This document shows positions 9,524 to 20,337 of a DNA stretch of 64,000 nucleotides, in pieces. This DNA is from Candidatus Woesearchaeota archaeon (GTDB taxonomy: Archaea; Nanobdellota; Nanobdellia; Woesearchaeales; WJIZ01). The stretch covers positions 863 through 64,862 of the forward strand of contig JAAOYF010000017.1 of NCBI GenBank assembly GCA_018221205.1, in the 5' to 3' direction. Below the pieces are notes generated by a model. The model had not been told where the DNA came from. It did not search any database and worked only from the letters and a program-made list of their open reading frames with translations. Every line of letters starts with the position of its first letter. The stretch's first letter is position 1. The translations under genes were made by a program, and so were the position numbers.

Positions 9524-10491
9524 GTTTCTGGAAAGATAAGAATGTCTTTGTCACCGGCGCAACAGGTATAGTCGGCTCAACATTGGTAAGTTTTCTACTC
9601 GAAAAAAAAGCACACGTGACAATCCTTCTAAAAGATGACGTTCCTAACTCTAATCTTATCTTATCAGGAAACATCAAGAAAGTCAACATAGTGAGGGGTA
9701 TTTTAGAGGACTATAAGCTTCTTCACCGCACAGTGCATGAATATGAGATCGATACGGTCTTCCATCTTGGAGCGCAGGCCATAGTGCAGACTGCAAATAG
9801 GTCTCCTCTGCCGACGTTCGAGACCAATATCCGTGGAACATGGAATATCTTAGAGGCAGCACGTACATCTGCCTTGATCAAACGCGTTGTCATCGCTTCC
9901 AGCGATAAAGCATATGGCGACCAAGAGAGGCTTCCTTATACTGAAGACGCTCCGTTGATAGGAAGGCATCCTTATGATGTCTCGAAAAGCTGCGCTGACC
10001 TGCTCTCGCAGGCATATGCCCATAGTTATGATCTGCCAGTTGCGATTGCGCGATGCGCAAATATCTATGGCCCTGGTGATCTGAATTTCAACAGGATCGT
10101 CCCTGAGACCATGAAAGCCGTCCTCGATGACGAGAATCCTAAGATAAGGAGCGATGGAAAGTTCATCCGTGATTACATCTATGTCAAAGATGTCGCCAAT
10201 GCCTATATGGAGCTGGCAGAACAGCTCGATAACAAAGAAGTGAAAGGCCAGGCCTTTAACTTCTCTGCTGGAAATAAGCTGACTGTGCTCGAGATAGTAG
10301 AAATAATCTTAAAAATAGCCGGAAAAAAAGAACTCAAGCCGGTTATCCTGAATCAGGCGAAGAACGAGATAAGGGATCAATATCTGGATGCTGCAAAAGC
10401 GAAGAAGATCCTGAACTGGAAAGCCAAATATGGATTGGAAGAGTCACTGAAACAGACCTTTGATTGGTACAAATCTTTCTTGGACGCATAA
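9520..10491 (+). CDS. rfbG: CDP-glucose 4,6-dehydratase
   Basis: [20 protein letters not shown]...[11 protein letters not shown] is RfbG/DdhB-like. ATGA overlap with rfbF. Confidence 0.85.
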   Translation: MSFWKDKNVFVTGATGIVGSTLVSFLLEKKAHVTILLKDDVPNSNLILSGNIKKVNIVRGILEDYKLLHRTVHEYEIDTVFHLGAQAIVQTANRSPLPTFETNIRGTWNILEAARTSALIKRVVIASSDKAYGDQERLPYTEDAPLIGRHPYDVSKSCADLLSQAYAHSYDLPVAIARCANIYGPGDLNFNRIVPETMKAVLDDENPKIRSDGKFIRDYIYVKDVANAYMELAEQLDNKEVKGQAFNFSAGNKLTVLEIVEIILKIAGKKELKPVILNQAKNEIRDQYLDAAKAKKILNWKAKYGLEESLKQTFDWYKSFLDA

Positions 10492-11147
10492 TGCCAAAAA
10501 AACTCAAAATCAGAGTAGCGATGCCTACAAAGAATGAAGAAGAGAATGTGGGCTATATGATAAAAAGCTTGAGAAAATACGGTTTCAGCGATATCTACAT
10601 CGTCGATGAGCAGTCTGAAGACCGCACTGAAGAGATCGCCAAGAGCATGGGTGTGCCCGTCTATCAGAGAAAAGGAAAAGGCAAGGGGATGGGTGTCATT
10701 GAAGCTATCGAGATAGCGAAGAAATCAAAGACAGATTATATGATTTTTCCTGATTGTGATCGTACCTATCATCCGAAATACATTCCCAAGATAATCAAAT
10801 TCATACCAAAATATGATATGGTTGTCGCATGCAGAGATATGAAAGATATCAAATTCTTCCATCGTCTGCCTAATATGATCCATACACTCTTCATCAATCT
10901 GTTCTACAACGGCCGCATGCACGACATCAACTCTGGGATGCGGGCGATAAATGTCAATAAATTTTATAAGAAACTGGATGCAAAGGGATTTGACATCGAA
11001 GCACAGATCTCTATTGTCGCCTTGAAAGAGAAGATGAAGATAAAAGAGCTTTCTATCCAATATGAAGAGAGAAAAGGCTTCTCAAAGATCCGCATCAAAG
11101 ATGGTTTCATCATCCTTGCAAGGATTTTCAAAGAACTATTTCGCTAA
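10491..11147 (+). CDS. Family-2 glycosyltransferase
   Basis: [20 protein letters not shown]...IVDEQSEDRT...PDCDRTY GT-A motifs. The start overlaps the rfbG stop by 1 nt (TAATG). Confidence 0.7.
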   Translation: MPKKLKIRVAMPTKNEEENVGYMIKSLRKYGFSDIYIVDEQSEDRTEEIAKSMGVPVYQRKGKGKGMGVIEAIEIAKKSKTDYMIFPDCDRTYHPKYIPKIIKFIPKYDMVVACRDMKDIKFFHRLPNMIHTLFINLFYNGRMHDINSGMRAINVNKFYKKLDAKGFDIEAQISIVALKEKMKIKELSIQYEERKGFSKIRIKDGFIILARIFKELFR

Positions 11148-12353
11148 TCCCTTCTTTACCTGGTCAAAAACTCCTTTTACTTGGATTGCCTTAAGGCATC
11201 GTGCATTGGTGCAAGATGTTTTTCTATGGTTGAATGCGCTTACGCAAGGAGAACAGGCAAAATCAGCATACAAACCATGACAGTTCTTGCTCAATGGCTT
11301 GTAGAGTTTAGGTGTCTCAGGCCCGAAGAACACAAAAATCTCAATATCAGTCAGCGAAGCGAAGTGTGCAGGTCCAGAGTCATTGGTGATCAATACTTTC
11401 GACACGTTGTAGAGGTCAACCAATTCTCTTAGGTTGGTTTTTCCAGTGAAATCAATGCACCGGTCATCCTGGACGTGGTTGCAGATGGCCTGAGCATCTG
11501 GTTTTTCAGACGCAACTCCTGTAATGACGATGAACGTATCCTTCAAAGAGAGGATGTTCTTCGCAAGCTGCTGATAATAGGCAATAGGCCACCGTCTGAT
11601 AGGTAGAAGCTCGCTTGCGTTAGGATTGAAGAGAACAATCTTACTGTTAGAGGTGATATGGTTATGTTCATTCTTCAGTTTCTTGAGCATGCTGCTCTTC
11701 TGTTCAGCGCTTGACTTCACTTTTGCGCTTATCATATCAGAAGGGATATGCTGCTTCAATAAAGGCAATTCTCTGACATCTGCTCCCAGCGCATGCACCA
11801 AAGACATGAAGCTCCTGCTGATATGGTAATGAGGATTATACTGCACCTTATGTGTCAGGAAATTTCCTCGATACAGGCCTTCCATGTGATACTTATAGAA
11901 TCCTGATATGGCCTTGGCTCCGCTCAGATACGATAAGATGCTCGTGAATCTCGAGAACAGCTCCAGATCGACGATAGTGTCGATCTTAAGGCTTCGGATC
12001 TTCCAGAGTGCTGCTAATGTATCAAGAGCAAGAAGGAAAAAGGACTTGCTCCGTATCGTGATGATGTTTTTTTTAGGGATGATATCCAAAACCTTTACGC
12101 TTTGGTCATTCTCTTTGAAGATCATGAAAAAGATCTCAGCATTGAAGAGCTGCTTGGCTTTTTTCATAGCAGGATATGCTAAGATGGTGCTTCCCATCTC
12201 ACTCAACTCAAGGAAAAGCATCTTTCTTGGTTTGAAACCCTTCTTTATCTTCCGGAAACCGAAAAGGCGTTGGATTGATGTGAAGATCGAGAAGATAAAA
12301 CAGATAGGGACGCCTATCCAGCGGTCTATCCTCCTCATGGTATCGGGTTTCAT
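11136..12353 (-). CDS. GT9-family glycosyltransferase (heptosyltransferase-like)
   Basis: The C-terminal half reads ...VLITNDSGPAHFASLTDIEIFVFFGPETP, the GT9 signature. Start at Met16 is supported by a TATA box at 12374-12385. Confidence 0.65.
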   Translation of the reverse strand: MKPDTMRRIDRWIGVPICFIFSIFTSIQRLFGFRKIKKGFKPRKMLFLELSEMGSTILAYPAMKKAKQLFNAEIFFMIFKENDQSVKVLDIIPKKNIITIRSKSFFLLALDTLAALWKIRSLKIDTIVDLELFSRFTSILSYLSGAKAISGFYKYHMEGLYRGNFLTHKVQYNPHYHISRSFMSLVHALGADVRELPLLKQHIPSDMISAKVKSSAEQKSSMLKKLKNEHNHITSNSKIVLFNPNASELLPIRRWPIAYYQQLAKNILSLKDTFIVITGVASEKPDAQAICNHVQDDRCIDFTGKTNLRELVDLYNVSKVLITNDSGPAHFASLTDIEIFVFFGPETPKLYKPLSKNCHGLYADFACSPCVSAFNHRKTSCTNARCLKAIQVKGVFDQVKKGLAK

Positions 12354-12373
12354 TGCCTGATTGAGGTGGAAAT

Positions 12374-12410
12374 GATTATATAAGGTTTTCCCAAGCAAAC
12401 TTTATAAATG
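12374..12410. promoter_or_regulatory. Divergent promoter with two TATA boxes (gattatataagg and ctttataaatg)
   Basis: Each box sits about 22-31 nt upstream of its start codon (12353 minus, 12431 plus). Confidence 0.45.
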
Positions 12411-12430
12411 AGCGCTTCTCCTCGGGACAG

Positions 12431-13483
12431 ATGAAAGTTTTGGTGACAGGCTCAGGCGGCTTGATTGGTTCACAGGCTGTGAAGTTCTACGCTGAAAAGG
12501 CAGATCAGATTATAGGTATCGATAATAATATGCGAAAATATTTTTTTGGCCAGGTTGCCAGTACACAATGGAATGTCGATTCCCTAAAAAAGACGCATGC
12601 TAATTACACCCACACTGATGCTGACATCAGGGATGAGAAGCAGATTGCATCATTGTTCAAGAAGCATGGGCCGTTTGATCTCATCATACATGCGGCTGCT
12701 CAGCCCTCTCATGACTGGGCTGCCAAAGAGCCATTGACTGATTTCACAGTCAACGCGAATGGTACGTTAGTGCTGTTGGAGAATTTCCGTCTTCATTCTC
12801 CGGATGCAGCTTTTATCTTCTGCTCAACAAACAAAGTATATGGAGACACTCCAAATAAACTGCCGTTGGTGGAGCAGGAAAAAAGATATGAGATAAAGGC
12901 AGGACACAGATTCGAGAAAGGCATAGATGAATCGATGAGTATCGACAACAGTAAACATAGTCTCTTCGGCGCGTCAAAAGTGGCTGCAGATATTCTCGTG
13001 CAGGAATACGGAAAGTATTTTGATCTTCATACTGCATCGTTCCGCGGCGGCTGCCTCACTGGCCCCGACCATTCGGGTGCTGAACTCCATGGCTTCCTTG
13101 CCTATCTCGCAAAATGTATCATTGAAGGGAAAAAGTATCGCATCTTCGGCTACAAAGGGAAGCAGGTGAGAGATAATATCCATGCCCATGACCTCATAGC
13201 AGCGTTCGATCATTTCTACAATGCTCCCCGAAAAGGAGAGGTCTATAATATAGGAGGATCACGTTTCGCGAATATATCGATGAAAGAGGCTATTGAGAAG
13301 ATTGAAGAGATGACGAAAAAGAAGCTTGATGCTGAATATCTTGAAGAGAACAGGAGTGGAGACCATATCTGGTATGTTTCAGATGTCTCAAAATTCCAGG
13401 GTCATTATCCTAAATGGAGATTCGAATATGATATCGACCGAACTTTGCAGGAGATAGTCGATGCATTAGAAAAAAGAAAATGA
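12431..13483 (+). CDS. NAD-dependent epimerase/dehydratase, CDP-paratose/tyvelose-epimerase-like SDR
   Basis: [14 protein letters not shown]...[15 protein letters not shown]. It is adjacent to the CDP-hexose genes; the specific activity is inferred only. Confidence 0.7.
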   Translation: MKVLVTGSGGLIGSQAVKFYAEKADQIIGIDNNMRKYFFGQVASTQWNVDSLKKTHANYTHTDADIRDEKQIASLFKKHGPFDLIIHAAAQPSHDWAAKEPLTDFTVNANGTLVLLENFRLHSPDAAFIFCSTNKVYGDTPNKLPLVEQEKRYEIKAGHRFEKGIDESMSIDNSKHSLFGASKVAADILVQEYGKYFDLHTASFRGGCLTGPDHSGAELHGFLAYLAKCIIEGKKYRIFGYKGKQVRDNIHAHDLIAAFDHFYNAPRKGEVYNIGGSRFANISMKEAIEKIEEMTKKKLDAEYLEENRSGDHIWYVSDVSKFQGHYPKWRFEYDIDRTLQEIVDALEKRK

Positions 13484-14595
13484 ACATTCTCGTGACTGGC
13501 GGAGCAGGTTTTATCGGTTCTTTTCTTACTGACAAGCTTATCGAAAAAGGCCATACAGTAAGGATATTCGACAATCTCGATCCTCAGGTGCATCTTAAAG
13601 GCAATCCTCCTAACTATCTCAATAAAGGGGCAGAATTCATCAAAGGAGACATAAGGAATAAAGAGGAGCTTGAAAAGGCGCTCAAAGGTATTGATGCAAT
13701 ATACCATATGGCCGCAAAAGTAGGCATTGCACAATCAAATTACGAAGTTGAAGAATTTATCGACGTGAATTGTCGCGGTACAGCAAATCTCTTCAACCTC
13801 ATCATCAATAACAAGCTCAAGATGAAGAAAATTTTCATCCCTGGCTCCAATACGAGCTATGGTGAAGGCATGTATCACTGCAAAGCATGCGATGAAGATT
13901 TCCATGCAGAGGTAAGGCCTGTTGCTCAGCTTGAGAAGAAAGAATGGGGAGTGAAATGTCCAGGATGCGGAAAAGACACCAAACCTGTTCCGATCAAAGA
14001 AGATGCTCATCTCAAATGCAACTCTATCTACTCGATAACAAAGAAGTTCCAGGAAGAGACTGTTATGATGCTGGGAAAGATGTACAGCATCCCGATAACA
14101 GTCATGCGCTTCTTCAACGTCTACGGCGCGCGCCAATCCATAAACAACCCTTATTCGGGGGTGTCTGCCATTTTTCTGAGCAGACTGAAAAGTGATAATG
14201 TTCCGTTGATCTATGAAGACGGCCTGCAGACAAGGGACTTTGTCTCAGTCCATGATGTAATAGATGCAGCTCTCCTTTCCCTGACAGACAAGAAGACTGA
14301 CTATGAGATATTCAATATAGGCTCAAGAAATCCAGTGAGTATGTGTGATCTTGCTGCGATTCTTGCAAAGCATCTGAAAAAAGACATCAAGCCTATGATA
14401 AGCGGAAAATTCCGCAAAGGCGACATACGGAATTGCTATGGGGATATATCAAAGGCCGAGAAGGTTCTTGGTTATAGGCCGAAAGTGAGCTTTGAAGAGG
14501 GGATAAAGGAAGCTATCGGGTGGTCTGAGACAGAAGAATCAGTAGATAAGTTTGACAAAGCAGATAAAGAGCTGAAGGAGAAAGGTTTGGTATGA
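13480..14595 (+). CDS. NAD-dependent epimerase/dehydratase with an inserted CxxC...CxxC zinc-ribbon
   Basis: [14 protein letters not shown]...YSITKKF (YxxxK), with [10 protein letters not shown]...KCPGCGKD inserted in the middle. ATGA overlap with the upstream gene. Confidence 0.75.
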   Translation: MNILVTGGAGFIGSFLTDKLIEKGHTVRIFDNLDPQVHLKGNPPNYLNKGAEFIKGDIRNKEELEKALKGIDAIYHMAAKVGIAQSNYEVEEFIDVNCRGTANLFNLIINNKLKMKKIFIPGSNTSYGEGMYHCKACDEDFHAEVRPVAQLEKKEWGVKCPGCGKDTKPVPIKEDAHLKCNSIYSITKKFQEETVMMLGKMYSIPITVMRFFNVYGARQSINNPYSGVSAIFLSRLKSDNVPLIYEDGLQTRDFVSVHDVIDAALLSLTDKKTDYEIFNIGSRNPVSMCDLAAILAKHLKKDIKPMISGKFRKGDIRNCYGDISKAEKVLGYRPKVSFEEGIKEAIGWSETEESVDKFDKADKELKEKGLV

Positions 14596-15296
14596 TGGAA
14601 TTATCGATTATTGTGCCGTTGTATAATGAAGAGGCAAATGTCCCTAGATTATCAGACGCCCTTATGCAGTTCATCAAGAAGGAAAAGATAGATGCAGAAA
14701 TTGTGCTCGTCAACGACAACAGTTCAGACAATACGAGGATGATTATCACTGCTCTCGAGAAAAAACATGCCCTCATCAGATCTATCCATAAGAGAAAAGG
14801 GAATAATGGTATGGGTGCTGCTCTGAAGACAGGGACAAAAAAAGCAAGAGGAAAATTTATTCTCTGGACTATGGGAGATAACTCTGACAGTGTAAGTACA
14901 TACCCTAAGATCCTGCATAAGTTAAGGGAAGGATATGATATGGTATTTGGCTCTCGATATATGCCGGGCGGCTCAGAAGGAAAGCTCGATCCGATGAAAG
15001 CATTTTTCAGTTCCTCATACACAAAGGTCTGCAAGCTCCTCTTTGGCATAAAGATGCATGACATCACCAATGCATTTCGGGGGTTCAAGAAAGAAGTCTT
15101 TGATACGATAGCCTTGGATTCAAATGATTATGCCATCTCACCAGAATTCTCTATCAAGGCCCAAAAACGTGGCTTTAAGCTCGCAGAAGTCCCGACATAT
15201 TATCATTATAGGAAAGAAGGAGATTCTAATTTTAAGATAACTCAGATGGGTCTTCATTACGGTCTGAAGATGTTCAAGCTTCTATTCGTAAAATAA
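14592..15296 (+). CDS. Family-2 glycosyltransferase (DPM1-like)
   Basis: LSIIVPLYNEEANV...VLVNDNSSDNT. Confidence 0.75.
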   Translation: MMELSIIVPLYNEEANVPRLSDALMQFIKKEKIDAEIVLVNDNSSDNTRMIITALEKKHALIRSIHKRKGNNGMGAALKTGTKKARGKFILWTMGDNSDSVSTYPKILHKLREGYDMVFGSRYMPGGSEGKLDPMKAFFSSSYTKVCKLLFGIKMHDITNAFRGFKKEVFDTIALDSNDYAISPEFSIKAQKRGFKLAEVPTYYHYRKEGDSNFKITQMGLHYGLKMFKLLFVK

Positions 15297-16781
15297 GCAG
15301 GCATCAGAGGTTCTTTTAATAATGGTCAGATCGCATACGAGAAGCTCTTCGCAGTAGCTCCCGAATGTCACAAGTTGTGTTATTTTTTGCTCTGTCATGA
15401 GTGAGATGATCCTATCGCATTTGGTTTGTTGGACAGCTGAGATGATGTCCTGATTAAATACCAATACGTCTGGATCAGCATTCTGTGTGATCCATCCCAT
15501 GGTGGTGGTCGCATTATTTATTATGGTGATATAACTGACTAACGCATTGCGATGGATGGTCGGATAGTCTGGGTGAGGAACGACAATAAATCGTTCATCT
15601 GCTGCATCTGCAACATCGATGGCTTGGAGATCCATGGGATTATGGGTGAAAGATCCGAGATTTGCGAAAAAAGGGACATAAATGAGCAAAGGGATGAACA
15701 TCTGATAGACAAAGACCAGAAACACGATTTTTTTGAGGCGTGATATCCTCGAGAAATCCAATGTGAATAAGAGATAAAGAAAGAGGAACCAGAAGAAACT
15801 CACAAAGATAAGATGGTACATGATATTGATGACAGGAAGGAAATAGGTTATCTTAAAGAGATAGAGGACAGAAAGGATAACTGCAGGAAGGAAGAAAAGC
15901 CCTTCTTTTTTCTTCTGACGAAGCGTGATGAAGAAAACAAAGAGAAAGGCGAGTATGACAATATCATGATAGATGTTCTTGGTGAAAAGCAAGGGATTAG
16001 AGAGGGAGAAATTATTCTGGAGATAGCTCAGTCCATAGAACGAACCGATACGTGACTGGCTCCCGCTCAGAAAAAGAGGTATCCACCAGAAAGAAGTCAA
16101 TAATAGGCTGAGCAAGAATGTCGCTGTGATCCTGATCTTATCCCTGAAATTCCGGATAAGAAAGAATCCAGCTAAAAGGGTAAGGGAGAGAAAATAGATC
16201 ATCGTGTTGCTCACGATGAGTGCTGCACTGGTGAATGCATATCCCATGATGAAAGTTCCTTTGATTTCCTTCTTTTTGTGGTAAAAAAGGATGAATGATT
16301 GAAGTGCGAAGATAGTCCATCCAAGCGCTTCTGGTAACCTGCCGAGATTGAGAGTATCGAATAAAAAGATGGGATTAAAGAAGAAAAGCCCGAAGAAAAG
16401 CCATGTGTTCCGACCAGAAAACCCTTTATGGAGTGAAGAATAACGGAGGATGATAAAAAGTGAGAGGACATACATGAGGACTATAGTGATAAAGACAGTG
16501 ACAGGAAGATGATCAGTTAAAAGATAGATTGGAAGGGCAAAAAAATAATATCCAAAATAATATGCCTGGAAAGGGTGAAATCCGTTGTACCAGTTAGGGG
16601 CTTCTGCATATCCATACTCCCGAAGAAAATGGATCCTGCCCATATGAGAAGAATAATCCTGATGGGATGTAGAAAGAGGGAAATGGGTCATGGAAGGGAT
16701 AAAATTGAGGAACAATATAATAAATAAGACGAGTGCGATGAAAGCAGCGGGTGTGGACAAAGAAAAGAAGTCCTTCTTCAT
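15282..16781 (-). CDS. Polytopic membrane protein, GT-C-like, with a C-terminal soluble domain
   Basis: About 11 TM helices followed by a ~120-aa hydrophilic C-terminus. Start at Met5 gives an ATGA overlap with the rmd-like gene. Confidence 0.5.
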   Translation of the reverse strand: MKKDFFSLSTPAAFIALVLFIILFLNFIPSMTHFPLSTSHQDYSSHMGRIHFLREYGYAEAPNWYNGFHPFQAYYFGYYFFALPIYLLTDHLPVTVFITIVLMYVLSLFIILRYSSLHKGFSGRNTWLFFGLFFFNPIFLFDTLNLGRLPEALGWTIFALQSFILFYHKKKEIKGTFIMGYAFTSAALIVSNTMIYFLSLTLLAGFFLIRNFRDKIRITATFLLSLLLTSFWWIPLFLSGSQSRIGSFYGLSYLQNNFSLSNPLLFTKNIYHDIVILAFLFVFFITLRQKKKEGLFFLPAVILSVLYLFKITYFLPVINIMYHLIFVSFFWFLFLYLLFTLDFSRISRLKKIVFLVFVYQMFIPLLIYVPFFANLGSFTHNPMDLQAIDVADAADERFIVVPHPDYPTIHRNALVSYITIINNATTTMGWITQNADPDVLVFNQDIISAVQQTKCDRIISLMTEQKITQLVTFGSYCEELLVCDLTIIKRTSDACLFYE

Positions 16782-17671
16782 CGCGACCTCCAATATCCAA
16801 GGATGTCCTTTAGTGTCTGTTCAAAAGGAATCTCCGGCTTCCAGCCAGTATCATGTGTGACTTTTGAATTATCTCCTATCATCACTTGGATATCCTGCTT
16901 CCGGAATTTCTCTGGAGATTGCTGGATGGCGATCTTATGGCTGCTCAGTTCCAGCATCTGCTGGAGGATATCGACAATCTTCTGCCCCTTTCCAGAACAG
17001 AGATTATAGGTCTCTCCGTACCTTCCTTTGGTAGCGAGAAGATAATATCCTCTGACAATATCTCTCACATCAGAGAAATCTCTCACTGCTTCCAGGTTCC
17101 CTATCTGGATATTGGCCTTCTTCCTTCCCTTCTCGATCTCAGCAATCTGTTTCGCAAAATCCGAGATGACGAATTGCTCTCGTTGTCCGGGTCCTGCATG
17201 GTTAAAGCTTCGGGAGATGATAATGGGCATGATGTCCTGATAAGACTTGCATAACTCTTCCTGTTCAAGTTTTGATTCGGCGTAAGGATTGAGTGGCCGT
17301 AAGGAACTGCTTTCAGTGAGAGGGACAGTCTCGGGCTTGCCATATACTTCAGCAGAGCTGACAAGCAGAAAAAAAGGCTTGTATGGTGCACACGCCTCGA
17401 GCAGATTCTTCGTTCCTTCAACATTTATCTTTTTCGTCAATGCTGGTTGTTTCCAGCTCATCTGGACAGAAGATTGGGCAGCAAGATGGAAGACATAATC
17501 AGGCTGCGTTTCCTTGATGAGCTGCCCTACTTCTTCCTTATTCGTGATATCGACAGCATAGTCGACATCTTGAGATATCTCGCTCGTGCTGACAACAGAA
17601 AAATGGTTCTCGAGATGTTTCCTGAGATAGGGGCCCACAAAACCGTTGGCTCCGGTGATCAGTGCCTTCAT
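16778..17671 (-). CDS. GDP-4-dehydro-6-deoxy-D-mannose reductase-like SDR (Rmd/Fcl family)
   Basis: [13 protein letters not shown]...PYAESK (YxxxK). It lies immediately downstream of gmd with a 4-nt overlap. Confidence 0.7.
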   Translation of the reverse strand: MKALITGANGFVGPYLRKHLENHFSVVSTSEISQDVDYAVDITNKEEVGQLIKETQPDYVFHLAAQSSVQMSWKQPALTKKINVEGTKNLLEACAPYKPFFLLVSSAEVYGKPETVPLTESSSLRPLNPYAESKLEQEELCKSYQDIMPIIISRSFNHAGPGQREQFVISDFAKQIAEIEKGRKKANIQIGNLEAVRDFSDVRDIVRGYYLLATKGRYGETYNLCSGKGQKIVDILQQMLELSSHKIAIQQSPEKFRKQDIQVMIGDNSKVTHDTGWKPEIPFEQTLKDILGYWRSR

Positions 17672-18630
17672 TGTTCTTTCTTGAGCTTCTCCAAGTCAGC
17701 ATCGACCATGATCTTGACAAGCTCCTTGAAAGTCACGCGGGGCTTCCAACCTAGGACCTTCTCTGCTTTGCCATAGTCTCCTATCAGCTGGTCTACTTCC
17801 GCAGGTCTTAAGAATTTCTTGTCCAATTTGACGTAATCCTCATAGTTCAGTCCGAGATGGCTGAAAGCATGCTCACAGAATTCTCTGACAGAATGCACCT
17901 CGTTCGTGGCGACGACGAAGTCTTCCGGAATCTTATGCTGCATCATGAGCCACATCGCCTCGACGTAATCAGGTGCATATCCCCAATCTCTTTTCGCATC
18001 CAGATTGCCCAACAAAAGTTCTTTTTGCAATCCTAATTTAATCTTTGCGGCAGTATTGGTGATCTTTCGGGTGACAAATTGAAGGCCCCTTCTTGGACTT
18101 TCATGATTGAAGAGGATACCGTTTGTCGTGAACATATTATAGCTCTCTCGATAGTTTTTCATTATCCAGAAAGCGAACACTTTTGAGACTCCATATGGGC
18201 TCCGTGGATAAAAAGGGGTTTTCTCGGTCTGGGGGATCTCCTGGACTTTGCCGAACATCTCTGATGAAGAGGCTTGATACACTTTTATCTTCGGATTGAT
18301 ATGGCGTACTGCTTCCAGGATGCGTAAGGCGCCTACTGCTGTGACATTTGCAGTAAGTGCTGGTTGTGTCCATGACACTGGAACGAAACTCTGTGCAGCT
18401 AAATTGTATATTTCATCTGGCCCTATATCTTTGATGGTCTCATTGAGAGAATTCTGATCAGTAAGATCTGCAGTGATCAAATTGACTTTGTCTTTGATAT
18501 GGTTGATACGCTCAAACGTATCTACACTGCTTCTCCGATAAAGTCCATAGACGTCATAGTTCTTCTTGAGCAGAAATTCCGCTAAGTAGGAGCCGTCCTG
18601 TCCAGTAATGCCGGTAATTATCGCTTTCAT
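17668..18630 (-). CDS. gmd: GDP-mannose 4,6-dehydratase
   Basis: [21 protein letters not shown]...YNLAAQSFV...YGVSK...FNHESPRRG are Gmd hallmark strings. Confidence 0.9.
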   Translation of the reverse strand: MKAIITGITGQDGSYLAEFLLKKNYDVYGLYRRSSVDTFERINHIKDKVNLITADLTDQNSLNETIKDIGPDEIYNLAAQSFVPVSWTQPALTANVTAVGALRILEAVRHINPKIKVYQASSSEMFGKVQEIPQTEKTPFYPRSPYGVSKVFAFWIMKNYRESYNMFTTNGILFNHESPRRGLQFVTRKITNTAAKIKLGLQKELLLGNLDAKRDWGYAPDYVEAMWLMMQHKIPEDFVVATNEVHSVREFCEHAFSHLGLNYEDYVKLDKKFLRPAEVDQLIGDYGKAEKVLGWKPRVTFKELVKIMVDADLEKLKKEQ

Positions 18631-18652
18631 GCTATTCCCGAAATATTCAGGA

Positions 18653-18683
18653 CCTTTTAAAACTTATGGTAAACTATTTAAAG
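18653..18683. promoter_or_regulatory. Divergent promoter with two TATA boxes (ccttttaaaac and ctatttaaag)
   Basis: The boxes sit 20-30 nt upstream of the gmd start (18630, minus) and the GT4 start (18706, plus). Confidence 0.45.
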
Positions 18684-18705
18684 AACATGACGACAATAGT
18701 GATGA

Positions 18706-19719
18706 ATGAAAATTGCGATTTTGACACCCACCTTCTCGCATTTCTCTGGAATCGATCGATTGGTTGAGATACAGGCAAAGAAATTTATCAAGCAAGGCCA
18801 TAAAGTTGATATTTTTGCATTGCAGGCCTCGCTGAAACTGCCAAATGTCAATGTTTTTGTACTCGGAATGCCCAAAAATCCATTTATGGAAAGGATATAT
18901 CGATTATTTATGTTCCTCGATAGGAAAAAAGTTGAGAAATACGCTAAGATGCTGCAATCCTACGACATCGTATACAGCCATTTCTATCCTATGAATATCA
19001 TTGCATACAAAGCGAAAAAAGAAGGCAGAAAGATAAAGTATGTCTACCATAATGCTGGGGTGGGCATCGTCTCCACTTATTCCTTCTTCGAACGACTCTA
19101 TCTTCATCTCTTCAATATATTCAGCAACTGGACTGTAAAGAACTGTGATGAGGCCATCTCGATCTCGGAATTCCTAAGAAAAACACTAAGAAAGGAGACT
19201 GGTATTGACAGTAAGGTCGAATATATCCCTGTCGATACGAAAAGATTCAACAAGAAAGTATCTGGAAAAAGGATACGGAAAAAGTTCGGTATCAGGGATG
19301 GACCTGTCTTATTATATGTAGGAAGGATCAGTCCTCATAAAGGCATCCATCTGCTTCTCAAAGCATTTGCATTGGTGCAGAAAGAATATCCGAGAGCAAA
19401 ATTGATCATCGCAGGCAAGCATACATTCAAGAAGTATTCAGAGAAGCTGAAAAGGCTCGCAGGCAGGAATGTGATGTTCGCCGGATTCGTCCCTGACAAG
19501 GATCTTCCTGAATATTATGCTGCATGTGATATCTATACCTCCTGCTCGTTATGGGAAGGTTATGATATCCCTATTGTCGAAGCCTTTTATTCGGGAAAGC
19601 CATCCATCGCTTTTGATGTGGGTTCTCATCCTGAAGTCCTCAAGAAAGGGAAGCTGGTGAAAGAAAGTGATGTCGAAGCGTTTGCGAAGGCAATAATGTT
19701 TTATGTGAAGAAAAAGTGA
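18706..19719 (+). CDS. GT4-family glycosyltransferase (Glycos_transf_1)
   Basis: The C-terminal domain reads ...LLYVGRISPHKG...FVPDKDLPEYYAACD...EG..IPIVEA, the retaining GT-B GT4 fold. Confidence 0.8.
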   Translation: MKIAILTPTFSHFSGIDRLVEIQAKKFIKQGHKVDIFALQASLKLPNVNVFVLGMPKNPFMERIYRLFMFLDRKKVEKYAKMLQSYDIVYSHFYPMNIIAYKAKKEGRKIKYVYHNAGVGIVSTYSFFERLYLHLFNIFSNWTVKNCDEAISISEFLRKTLRKETGIDSKVEYIPVDTKRFNKKVSGKRIRKKFGIRDGPVLLYVGRISPHKGIHLLLKAFALVQKEYPRAKLIIAGKHTFKKYSEKLKRLAGRNVMFAGFVPDKDLPEYYAACDIYTSCSLWEGYDIPIVEAFYSGKPSIAFDVGSHPEVLKKGKLVKESDVEAFAKAIMFYVKKK

Positions 19720-19764
19720 ACGTGTTCAGGAAATTTTATATAGTAACCTAGAAGTATCTCCGGC

Positions 19765-20337
19765 ATGGCTTATCCTGGTACGCATGAAGCAGTGGTCCGT
19801 CTGGTTGAATCTTTCGACAAGAATAAACATGTTGTTGATTTGGGCTGCGGTAAGGGTGAAGTTGTTCGTGCATTGAAGAAGAAGGGTTTCTCTCATATAC
19901 AATACGCCGATTTGGTGGACAAGTATGATGGGAAAGTGAAGATTATGGATTTCAATGAGGGGCTGAAGTTCAAAGATGATATGTTTGATATCGTTGTCTC
20001 TTCAGAGACCATAGAGCATCTTGAGAACAAATATTTCTTTTTCGATGAGGTGAAGAGGATCTTGAAGCCCGGAGGGACATTTGTGTTCACTACCCCTAAT
20101 CTGACCAATCTGCCGAACAGGGTACAGTATCTGTTCAAGAAAGAATTCATCGCATTCCATGAGGAGATACATAAACAGGGCCATGTCAATCCTTATTTCC
20201 CGTGGCAGATCCCCTCTTACTTCAAAGTTGAGAAAGTGACGTATAATCGAGGATTTCTTCCGATCCTGAGGATTCAGGTGAAGAACGGGCCGATGTTCGG
20301 CCAATCTCTGGTGACCCAGTGCACACTCAAAAAATGA
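19765..20337 (+). CDS. Class I SAM-dependent methyltransferase
   Basis: VVDLGCGKGEVV...DIVVSSETIEHL...PGGTFVFTTPN. Confidence 0.7.
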   Translation: MAYPGTHEAVVRLVESFDKNKHVVDLGCGKGEVVRALKKKGFSHIQYADLVDKYDGKVKIMDFNEGLKFKDDMFDIVVSSETIEHLENKYFFFDEVKRILKPGGTFVFTTPNLTNLPNRVQYLFKKEFIAFHEEIHKQGHVNPYFPWQIPSYFKVEKVTYNRGFLPILRIQVKNGPMFGQSLVTQCTLKK

